Of a DNA stretch of 64,000 nt, positions 53,031 to 61,826 are shown piece after piece. Each line of letters begins with the position of its first letter. Position 1 is the first letter of the stretch. The notes beneath the pieces were generated by a model. That model searched no databases, was not told where the DNA came from, and worked only from the letters and a program-made list of their open reading frames with translations. The stretch comes from a virus (lineage: Duplodnaviria > Caudoviricetes), in IMG/VR virus record IMGVR_UViG_3300020576_005257, positions 96,001 through 160,000 of that record, one strand, 5' to 3'. The position numbers and the translations under genes were made by a program.

Positions 53031-56000
53031 TTAAGTTCTCGGGTTGTGCTATTTTCTTCAAATAGGCACTATCAATTTCAGTGTTTCCATATTCAGGAGA
53101 ATCAATACCAAGGGCGGCACCAACAACCATAGCAGCAGTAACTAATGGACCCTCACCTTTACCACCAAGCCAGCCCTCCAGCAGTTTATCAAAGTAAGAA
53201 ATATCATCGCCAACCACAGCACCCTGATGGCCTCTAAGACCAGCCGTGTATGGAATAGAGGTTCCCATAGAGTCTCTAGTTCTCAGAGGAATCACTGTAA
53301 CACACTGTCTTGCCCTAAGCCATAAGTTAGTAGCTGTAATGACGCCACCTCCAATAGTAAATCTATAAACCTCAAACATTACTTTCAATACAACTTGAGG
53401 ACCAAGAATGGAGGCGACAGATGCAGTTTTCTCAATAGCATTAGCCATTTTCTTTGCTGCACGAGCAGCTGTAGCAAGTTTTCTCGCTTCTATAGCATCC
53501 TCCGCAAGCTCAGCACTCTGCTTTAGCTTGTTTTCCATTTTTTTAAGTTTCTCCACTAACTTAATTGAAGAAGATGGTAACTTATAATCTTCGGCTGCTT
53601 TAGCTGCTTCAGAGGCAGCTTTAACAGTTGCTGAGTCTATTTTAGCATAATCAGGATAGGTGTCATTTTTAATAGTTTGAAGGAACTTATTTAATTCTGC
53701 TCTTTCATACTCAGTATCAACAAGACCATCTAACTTAGCTTGAAGCTTAGAATCAAGTTCTCTAATCTCATCAGCCAGTTTATTGATTTCATTAATATCA
53801 GTGGTACTGGAAGATTTGGTAATAGCGACCTTTTTATCTATTTCTTTTCTAAGCTTTTTAATTTGTTTTAGGTCATTCTTTATAGATTTCTCCATTCTTT
53901 TTCTAATGGGATCTATTTGCTTATTAATAAACTCAATAGCTTTTTTGTCAGCAAGAGTATGGATAGTTTGTGGGTCAACCGTATCTCCAAGTTCTTTAGA
54001 TAGGGCTTGATAGATCTTAGCATGATACTGTTGAGACTCTAGAACAACTTTTGCTATGTCTTTTCCATCATCAGAAAGTAATCCTAAAGCTGGAATTTCT
54101 AAGTTTAAATCTCTAGCTCTTCTTAATATCTCTGGTAGATTGGTGTTGCTTGAATCTAAAAGAATCTTTCTTAAATTAAGGAGATTTTTCCTTTCTTGAG
54201 AGATAGTAAATGGTCCACTAACAATAGAGTTTTGTTTTAACTTTTCATCAATTAAAAACAGTAATCTATCTTTTATGTCGGTTACACTGTGATCATAAAA
54301 AGAATGAATATTAGATTGTTTAATTGCATCTATAGTTTTATTTAGTTCAGCAATTCTACGATTAAATGGAGAGCCTAATCTGTTCTTTAAATAAGCTCCA
54401 GTCATAGTAGTCAAACCCCTGCCCACTACATACTGCCCTAATTTACCCATAGGCCCAACTGAGAGAGATGTAATTAATTTACTTCCTTGAGGACTTAAAT
54501 GAGGCAAAGCCACACATTCTGGGTTAATCATGGTACAGAATCCTCTTTCAAAATCAAGAGAATGGGTGACTGAACTAACAAAGACTGGACCTTCCAAACT
54601 ATTAATCATATCGTTTAGAAGAATAAGATCATTAGGTTTAATAGACGATTGTCCCTGTATGGTGATTAGTCCACCATACATAGTTCTCACACTATCACAA
54701 AGAGCAGTAACCACTGAATTTTCAACAGCAGGGGTATCTGGGATTCCTTTAATAGATTCTCCCACAACTGGAGTAAACCCACCCACAAAGTCTCTGAATG
54801 ATTCGTAATAACCCTTCTGAGCAGCAGTTACATACAACCCAGTATCCACCAAAAGCGTCCTTCTCTCAGAGTCTTGAATATCATCATCAACTGAGAATGA
54901 AATAGTTTTAGCTAAGGTGTCTTTAGAAAATACACCATTGAAAACATTTTGGCCCATCGCATCGGTGTACAGATGTGATGTATCCAAGGAGATAGAATTA
55001 TTTATTAAGTTTAATCCAGTAACAGCTGGCCATACTTGCATATAACTCTTGTACTTAAGATATTTTACATAGTTTTGTACGTCTCTGAGTAATATTGGAT
55101 CATTGCCACTTATTTCTAAGCTAGCAGTTTTATTTTGAAGGTCGGTACTAAGTTGCTCAAAACCAACCTCCTCACCAGGTCTTACTATGACGCTCTTGTT
55201 TTGTGGGTCATTATAAAAAGTAAATCTTTTTGCTAGCTGTTTAGCAGTTTCAAGCTCCGCTCCAGCAAGTATTCTTAGAGTTACTAGGCCTGGGTTAGAT
55301 GTAATATCTCGTTCAGTTGCACCTAATGAATAACCAATTTCTGCATGATAAAATCTGTTGTCCTCAGACATAGATTTTACATACACCCAAGTTCTCTTAT
55401 AAGATTCTCCCCTAGTGCTTGGGGTTGGAAAAACTTCTACAATTTGATCATTAAACCCAGTTTCTTTCAACCAAAACTGTACAATAGGATCCAATTTGGA
55501 GTAAACGTTTTCTACTTTTTCTTTTGTTGTAGGTGATGGTTTTCTATTATATAGAAATGGAGTAGATTTAGTTTCTTTCTTTTCTCCAGAAAACTTTAAG
55601 ATTGATGGATCATAGGCATAGTTAAACGGATACCACCATCTACCAAAGAACAAGGTAGAACGAGTATGGAAGGGTTCAACACTGGTAACAGTATCCATAA
55701 CAGCCATACGACAAACTTGAGCTGTCCTCCAGGTTGTAGCTTCTTTTACTGACACTGATATAAGAGTCTTTTGATCCCAATTATAGATAGCATTTTTGTT
55801 GAAAATCTGATTAGAGAAATCAAATTGTTGCTCCATCGCACCTTTACATGAACCATACATATTCATGTAAAGTTCTGGAATATGGTAAGAACCATTGCTA
55901 AAATAAATATCACCAAAATGAGGGCAAGGGTGTGTCTTCCCAAATCTTCCAGCAGAAACAGCAGCAAGCAACATATTACCAGGAACCATAGTTTGTGCCA

Positions 56001-59000
56001 CTATATAAGAAGGCTCTGTACCTGTTCCTATGATGCCTTTAGAGCTTTGATAGGCCATACCGCCATCAACAGTTTTCTGAACTGAACTAGTGAGTGGTTT
56101 ATTAAGCTCCCAACCATCTCCCTCAGCGACAATAGTTACACTACCGTTGTCCACAGGCACCTCAACCACTCTACCATTAAACACAGTAGGAAGCATGTGG
56201 GCTCCTGAGCCATATCCAAGTCTGACTTGAATTCTAGCACCAGGACTAAGTGCGAGTTGTTGTAAATGGTTGTTTTGCCATAAATTTAAAAGATCTTTAC
56301 TAGGAATTTTAGCGATTAAATTATTCCAAAGCTTCCCAGCAAAATCCTTTATCCCATCAGCAAATGCTAGTGATCTTTGTTGTTGGTTATTAATATCCTC
56401 AGCTATGTGTTGACGTAATGCTTCCATCTGGGAATATCTAGTCAACGCAGTAAACATATTGGAGAAAGTGATGTATGCTTTGTGTGCTGGGTCAGTTTTG
56501 GTTTTAAAGATTTGGATGTTAGTAATTCCGCCTCTGGTATAGAATTGATCCCAAAGCTTGATTCCACCCTCTTTATAGTAAAACCCTTCATTTATGATAA
56601 TAACACTATAAGTAGGATAAGCTTGAACCATTCGACCCCAAGCTCCATACTTTCTAGCATCTAACATAGCACTATAAACTGCATTTTCTGTGTGAGGAGT
56701 AAGACCAAAATCTACTTTTATTCTAATCAAAGCAGCTTCTTCTGCATTTAGATTAGGATCATTAGCTAGCTTAGCTCCAAATGATAGTCTAGAAACTTCA
56801 CCTCTTCCAACATCAATTCTAACTCTTTCTCCACTAGGAGAATAGCTGGTTGATACGTTTGAAACATTAATACCTACATCTAAAACTATATAAGCATTAA
56901 ATGGGCTAAATAGAAAGTCTCTTTGGGCACTGGTAGAAGCATGAATATGAGAACCTAGTACTCTGGAAATCTCAATATATGCAGTCCAGTAATCATCTAT
57001 GATAACTTTAATTTGTGTGGCAACAGAAGCAAAGAAAGTATTTACTGCGTTCTTTGCTGCTTCTCCATATCTGGAAGTAGATAATCTTGCTTGAACAGTT
57101 TTAAAAGCTGCTAAAAGATTTTCATCAAAATCAGCACTAACCCAATGTTTTTCTCTACCTTTACTAGTTAGTTCAATATGAGTTGCAGTTAGGGCAAGGG
57201 TGGGTATATTATTAAATCTCTTTAAATATTTGGCATAAGTAGCAAAAACTACTTCCACACAGTCCTTGAAGTTTGCACTAGAAGGAACTACTTCTGTATT
57301 AAGTTGCAGCCAACCAGCATCACCAGAATCTGGTCTAATATTCTCCAACCCAAAACCTGTTCTTCTTAAACAAAAAGCTCTTATAATATGCGGGTCTACT
57401 TTGTACTTAGCTCCTAGCTCGTCAAACATACTCATAGAAGCAATCATAGCTTCAGTAGCACTGTTACCAGCAGGAACATAAAATCCATCAGTAGTAGGTT
57501 TATTGATTTTAGCTTGAAAACCTGCTGCTGCTATAGCTGTTTTCTGATAAAAAGAAATCTTATTAGAAGACTGATACGGACCAAAATTAGCAAAAGTTCC
57601 TTTAACTTTGTTAAAAGTATCCTTTCTAACTAAATCTAAAATCCCATTCCAACCCACTTGGGTATCGGAAGCATTCTCTTCTTTCCTAGAAAACCACCAA
57701 GATAAGTAAACATAATCTTCTGGGAGAGTTTTCAACACCTCAAACGAAGGTACATCCAAACCAAGAAATTTAACAAGATCTCTTTCCAGTTCAAAAACAC
57801 CCTCAAATGGAGTATTGACACCATATGCAATAGATCTAGATCCTAATTCTACTGGAACCAAAAAGGCTCTAGAATCTAAGTTATTCTGGAAAGTCCAACC
57901 CCACCCACCACGATTATATAGATCATAATGTGCGGAGCCATTAGCCCAACCCAACGCAGCAGCTTCTTTAAGCTTCTGAATTCTCCACTGAAAATTCATG
58001 AAATCATTTCTAATTTCTGGAGCTAAGGTTAAAGCATCATTTGCTGAATCTTCACTGCCATTTGTTCCAACAGTTAAGAGGGAGGCACTATTTTCCTCTC
58101 CTTTAAGATATTCAGGAACGTCACCAGCAAATCCTTTAAGAGAGTCTGATTGAGTGGTTCTTTGTTTCCACCAAGCACCTATGGTTGCATCCATAGCTTC
58201 GGAAGCAGATTTAGCAGCTCTAATACCAGCATCTTTATTTTCTACTGGAAAAGTTCTATTGTTGGCAGCATCCGTAAGTTCGTTATCAATGTCATTAATA
58301 CCAGAACCAATATATCCGGGTTTATGTACAGTGTATGCATTAAACAGAGGATCAAATTCTCTATAAAGCGTAGCTTTACTAGGATCTTTGATTTCGCCTG
58401 GTGTAAAGTCTTTTTGCCTTTCTCCATACTCACTAGCAGCTGCTTTGTCAATCAACGCCCCCCATAAGGTATCTACATCATAACAATAATAAAAATCTGG
58501 ATCCACCCAACTACCACTCAAAGCAAATGTACTTAAATCTGTTTTGGGTAATGGTTTGAATTGAGCTATTTTTGATCTACAATATTTATGTTGTAGAAAA
58601 TCCTCACAAATATCTAGAAGCTCTAAATCACTTGGTAACCTTTCCGTAAGTTTTGGCTTCTTCGCTTCTCGATTTTGAGCCTCCTCCGCAAGTAAAGTAA
58701 TCCAGTAATCAAGCTCTGCTTTAGTGGGAAGGCTCTTATCAGCCATAATTTCCTGACTAGCAAGAGAATACTGCAAGGAAAAATATTCCTCAGCCTTAGC
58801 TACTAGAGGATCAGTTTCATTGGGACTTGGGTCTTGGAAATTAATTAACTTACCCTGACTATCTAAAGTAGTTGGAAGGAATTTAATTCTTTCAGCAGCC
58901 TGAGTTTTAGGGTTGTATTCTAAGAACTCAAATTCAAAATCCCAAACGTGTGGTTGTTCTTGTACTGAATTAATGCTTAAAGTTAAAGGCATTACAAAAT

Positions 59001-61074
59001 CTACGCCTAATAACTGGAAGATCTCATTTTGAACTTGCAGAAACGGAGTAGAATCGTATTTAGAGTTTACACCCCCACCATATGGGGTGTTGGTCATTTT
59101 GATACATCTTTGATCAAACTCTTGTTTAATGAATTCTAATTTCTTCTTAGCATCACGACTAAAACATTTTCCTCTAACTGTAATCTTACTACTTCCACCA
59201 CCTAAAGATTGATGAATAGGTAAAGATATCCCCTCAACTTGAATGGGGACCACATTATTTATTCTGGTGCCAGAAACAGTCTCAATGACAATATCTTCGT
59301 CTTGACTAAAACCACAGCTTATAATGGGAACTGTACGTTGGCTTTCTTGGCTAAGTAAATCTAAATAAGCTTGTCGTTCAGGATTATAAACAGTTTTTCG
59401 TTTTTCAGATTCAGTTTTAAGTAAAGCTGAGACCATAGGAATTAAAGTAGTCTCAGTTTGACCATTAACTGAAAGGGCTACACCAAAATATTCCCAAGGA
59501 GCAGCGATAGCTGCTTTCTTGTCATCCTCAGTGGCTTTGTTAATTGAACGTGCGCTAGCAGAAATCTTATTATCATAATAATTTCCGATAGCTGTATTTC
59601 TAACTCCACTTAGTTTAGATATGGCTAAGAAAGAATAGTTACCCCAATCTTCTCTAGCTACCGAGGAGACAAAACCCAAATCTTGGGTTGCTTCACTAGC
59701 TGCTCTTGTAACATCAAAATTCCCACTTTCTGGAAGATACTTACCGTTGTCATCAACAAAGTTGTGAGATTTATATATTGACCAATCGGCAAGACCTATG
59801 TATGCAGGGGAAGCTGCTAGTTTCTCAAAAGCTTCTTTAGAAGAAACTTTTAAAACAAAAACTTTTTCACCATCTTTAATATAAGCTGATGTAACTCTTT
59901 TAATATTGGGAGTTAGAATTTCATCTTCTTTGGTGAGAGTATTACTATTGTGTTGGACTATATCAAGAAGATTCTTAAAAGTAGTATAATCTTTTGAGGT
60001 ATCTATGCTCTTAAAGTCTTCTGCTAAATTCTCAATACTGTTAACAACTTCTTGCGAAGGTAAACTTAATACAAACTTTCCATTAAGAGGTCTGGATGGA
60101 GCATTATTGTAAATAGATTTACCACGAGTCTTAGTCCACATTTTAACTAAGGGCCAACAAATTACGTCGTCCATAGTTATTTGTAACCCATCTTCAACAT
60201 GCTTATTAAGGGTTTGAGGACAAAACCAACTAAATAAGAACGGACTTAAACTAAGATCAACAGCTACAGCAGAGGGCATACCAGGTATGGTGCTGATTTG
60301 TATGCTTTGAACCACGAATTCATGGAAAGGAATATCTCCAGCCCCTGGACGTTCTCCAAAAGGCCCACCCTCACAATAAACAAAAGGATCTAGAAGTATT
60401 TGTTCAATTACTTCTTGTACAGAGTTTTTAATATCAGTACTATTTGTAGCAACATAAGATAAATCGTAGGTTTGGTAGGAGAAACCAGTTCCTCGTTTAA
60501 TGGTACTAGATTCTCTTATAGTTGGCTGTTCTTCAATATAACTAGTTCTTTGTTGACTAATGTGCTGGATAGGGGAATCAAAAACAGCATAGCCAATTCT
60601 AGTAGTAGAGGAGCCTGGAACTCTAATAGTTGGAACAGGAACAAAACGCTCATCCTCAGCTTTCCCTGGCCAATCAGCTGGCGCAAAAGTAGAATTAACA
60701 TCTTCCTCATTCACACTGCTACTATCAGTAATGAATATAACTTTACTAGGGGTTGCGTTTAAATCAACTGTATACCACTTGGAACCAGAGCCACTTTTAG
60801 TTGAAAACTCTACAGGAGCCTTAGTTTTTAAAAGTTGCTTAATTTGATTAGACAACTTCCCAGCATCTAAATCCATCCCATTGATTAAGTTAGTAGGAAC
60901 TAAAGCTTTAAGCAGATATTCTGCTTGAGATCGGCTAATAACAATCTGAACTATGTCTTTCTCAGTTTGTACTAAGGCAACATAAGAACCCTCAGACGAA
61001 GAGGATTTACTTACATCAAGAACAACACCCTTAATATTGTTGCTCATAGCAGAGAAAAATCTGGTTCCTATCAT
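53023..61074 (-). CDS. giant baseplate hub / tail-tip protein (2683 aa)
   Basis: GARIQVRLGYGS..VFNGRVVEV..IVAEGDG and YGGLITIQGQSSIKPND..VSSVTHSL..GFCTMI (gp27/Mu gp44-type hub segments); degenerate SLT-like domain; C-terminal coiled coil. Confidence 0.75.
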   Translation of the reverse strand: MIGTRFFSAMSNNIKGVVLDVSKSSSSEGSYVALVQTEKDIVQIVISRSQAEYLLKALVPTNLINGMDLDAGKLSNQIKQLLKTKAPVEFSTKSGSGSKWYTVDLNATPSKVIFITDSSSVNEEDVNSTFAPADWPGKAEDERFVPVPTIRVPGSSTTRIGYAVFDSPIQHISQQRTSYIEEQPTIRESSTIKRGTGFSYQTYDLSYVATNSTDIKNSVQEVIEQILLDPFVYCEGGPFGERPGAGDIPFHEFVVQSIQISTIPGMPSAVAVDLSLSPFLFSWFCPQTLNKHVEDGLQITMDDVICWPLVKMWTKTRGKSIYNNAPSRPLNGKFVLSLPSQEVVNSIENLAEDFKSIDTSKDYTTFKNLLDIVQHNSNTLTKEDEILTPNIKRVTSAYIKDGEKVFVLKVSSKEAFEKLAASPAYIGLADWSIYKSHNFVDDNGKYLPESGNFDVTRAASEATQDLGFVSSVAREDWGNYSFLAISKLSGVRNTAIGNYYDNKISASARSINKATEDDKKAAIAAPWEYFGVALSVNGQTETTLIPMVSALLKTESEKRKTVYNPERQAYLDLLSQESQRTVPIISCGFSQDEDIVIETVSGTRINNVVPIQVEGISLPIHQSLGGGSSKITVRGKCFSRDAKKKLEFIKQEFDQRCIKMTNTPYGGGVNSKYDSTPFLQVQNEIFQLLGVDFVMPLTLSINSVQEQPHVWDFEFEFLEYNPKTQAAERIKFLPTTLDSQGKLINFQDPSPNETDPLVAKAEEYFSLQYSLASQEIMADKSLPTKAELDYWITLLAEEAQNREAKKPKLTERLPSDLELLDICEDFLQHKYCRSKIAQFKPLPKTDLSTFALSGSWVDPDFYYCYDVDTLWGALIDKAAASEYGERQKDFTPGEIKDPSKATLYREFDPLFNAYTVHKPGYIGSGINDIDNELTDAANNRTFPVENKDAGIRAAKSASEAMDATIGAWWKQRTTQSDSLKGFAGDVPEYLKGEENSASLLTVGTNGSEDSANDALTLAPEIRNDFMNFQWRIQKLKEAAALGWANGSAHYDLYNRGGWGWTFQNNLDSRAFLVPVELGSRSIAYGVNTPFEGVFELERDLVKFLGLDVPSFEVLKTLPEDYVYLSWWFSRKEENASDTQVGWNGILDLVRKDTFNKVKGTFANFGPYQSSNKISFYQKTAIAAAGFQAKINKPTTDGFYVPAGNSATEAMIASMSMFDELGAKYKVDPHIIRAFCLRRTGFGLENIRPDSGDAGWLQLNTEVVPSSANFKDCVEVVFATYAKYLKRFNNIPTLALTATHIELTSKGREKHWVSADFDENLLAAFKTVQARLSTSRYGEAAKNAVNTFFASVATQIKVIIDDYWTAYIEISRVLGSHIHASTSAQRDFLFSPFNAYIVLDVGINVSNVSTSYSPSGERVRIDVGRGEVSRLSFGAKLANDPNLNAEEAALIRIKVDFGLTPHTENAVYSAMLDARKYGAWGRMVQAYPTYSVIIINEGFYYKEGGIKLWDQFYTRGGITNIQIFKTKTDPAHKAYITFSNMFTALTRYSQMEALRQHIAEDINNQQQRSLAFADGIKDFAGKLWNNLIAKIPSKDLLNLWQNNHLQQLALSPGARIQVRLGYGSGAHMLPTVFNGRVVEVPVDNGSVTIVAEGDGWELNKPLTSSVQKTVDGGMAYQSSKGIIGTGTEPSYIVAQTMVPGNMLLAAVSAGRFGKTHPCPHFGDIYFSNGSYHIPELYMNMYGSCKGAMEQQFDFSNQIFNKNAIYNWDQKTLISVSVKEATTWRTAQVCRMAVMDTVTSVEPFHTRSTLFFGRWWYPFNYAYDPSILKFSGEKKETKSTPFLYNRKPSPTTKEKVENVYSKLDPIVQFWLKETGFNDQIVEVFPTPSTRGESYKRTWVYVKSMSEDNRFYHAEIGYSLGATERDITSNPGLVTLRILAGAELETAKQLAKRFTFYNDPQNKSVIVRPGEEVGFEQLSTDLQNKTASLEISGNDPILLRDVQNYVKYLKYKSYMQVWPAVTGLNLINNSISLDTSHLYTDAMGQNVFNGVFSKDTLAKTISFSVDDDIQDSERRTLLVDTGLYVTAAQKGYYESFRDFVGGFTPVVGESIKGIPDTPAVENSVVTALCDSVRTMYGGLITIQGQSSIKPNDLILLNDMINSLEGPVFVSSVTHSLDFERGFCTMINPECVALPHLSPQGSKLITSLSVGPMGKLGQYVVGRGLTTMTGAYLKNRLGSPFNRRIAELNKTIDAIKQSNIHSFYDHSVTDIKDRLLFLIDEKLKQNSIVSGPFTISQERKNLLNLRKILLDSSNTNLPEILRRARDLNLEIPALGLLSDDGKDIAKVVLESQQYHAKIYQALSKELGDTVDPQTIHTLADKKAIEFINKQIDPIRKRMEKSIKNDLKQIKKLRKEIDKKVAITKSSSTTDINEINKLADEIRELDSKLQAKLDGLVDTEYERAELNKFLQTIKNDTYPDYAKIDSATVKAASEAAKAAEDYKLPSSSIKLVEKLKKMENKLKQSAELAEDAIEARKLATAARAAKKMANAIEKTASVASILGPQVVLKVMFEVYRFTIGGGVITATNLWLRARQCVTVIPLRTRDSMGTSIPYTAGLRGHQGAVVGDDISYFDKLLEGWLGGKGEGPLVTAAMVVGAALGIDSPEYGNTEIDSAYLKKIAQPENLNE

Positions 61075-61091
61075 ATTGTGTTCCGTTAATT

Positions 61092-61097
61092 TAGTGT
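61092..61097 (-). promoter_or_regulatory. ACACTA putative promoter motif
   Basis: 17 nt upstream of hub ATG 61074. Confidence 0.45.
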
Positions 61098-61100
61098 TGT

Positions 61101-61826
61101 CTAACGTTCTATTACGTGGGTTCTCATATTAACCCCCGTATGTGTGACGTTTGGATCTTGTTGTGCGTAAGATCCACCCATTTCTCTTCTGCCTTCCGTA
61201 TCTCCTGCCGAATTGTCTGTTCCCTGATTAGCTACAAGTCCTTGAGCTTGTTTGACTATTTTAGAACCCTTAATTGTTGCCCTTAAAGTTAAGGTATGTG
61301 CAAAGGGAACAGCACCAGCAGCAACCAAGGTAGGAGCCAACTCATCTAGCATTATCTTACCTAGCAAAGGTTGTTTAGCTATGACTTTTGCGTAACTAGC
61401 CTCTATACCAGAAACAAATCTACCAGTAGTTTTCCCATTAAGTAATAGAGAAATAAATTTACCTTGATTTCTCTTAGTACCTACATATGCTAAAAGTCCC
61501 GCAGCCCCAGCAATAGTATTTTGTACTACGCTTGAAGTAACGTCTCTTCCTTTGTCAATATCAGAAAGAGTGTTGGCAACTAAACCCCCACCGAAAAACA
61601 CCCCCATTCTGACATGTTCAGTTTTACCTTTAAAAGCAAAAGATGAGGCTACGGAACTGGCCCCAGCAACCAAAGCAATTTTTCTACTTCTATCAATACT
61701 GTCTTGATCAGCTTGAGGTAAACCAAAGAATCCAGCAACCTTTGGTCCTAAAGGACTTGCCATACTTGCTAGTAAGGCTGAGCCAACAATTCCACCAACT
61801 ACCCCAGCTTTATTTAGATCAATCAT
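61101..61826 (-). CDS. hypothetical protein with hydrophobic Gly/Ala-rich helices (possible ejection/membrane protein)
   Basis: GVVGGIVGSALLA, IALVAGASSVA, IAGAAGLLAYVG. Confidence 0.6.
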   Translation of the reverse strand: MIDLNKAGVVGGIVGSALLASMASPLGPKVAGFFGLPQADQDSIDRSRKIALVAGASSVASSFAFKGKTEHVRMGVFFGGGLVANTLSDIDKGRDVTSSVVQNTIAGAAGLLAYVGTKRNQGKFISLLLNGKTTGRFVSGIEASYAKVIAKQPLLGKIMLDELAPTLVAAGAVPFAHTLTLRATIKGSKIVKQAQGLVANQGTDNSAGDTEGRREMGGSYAQQDPNVTHTGVNMRTHVIER

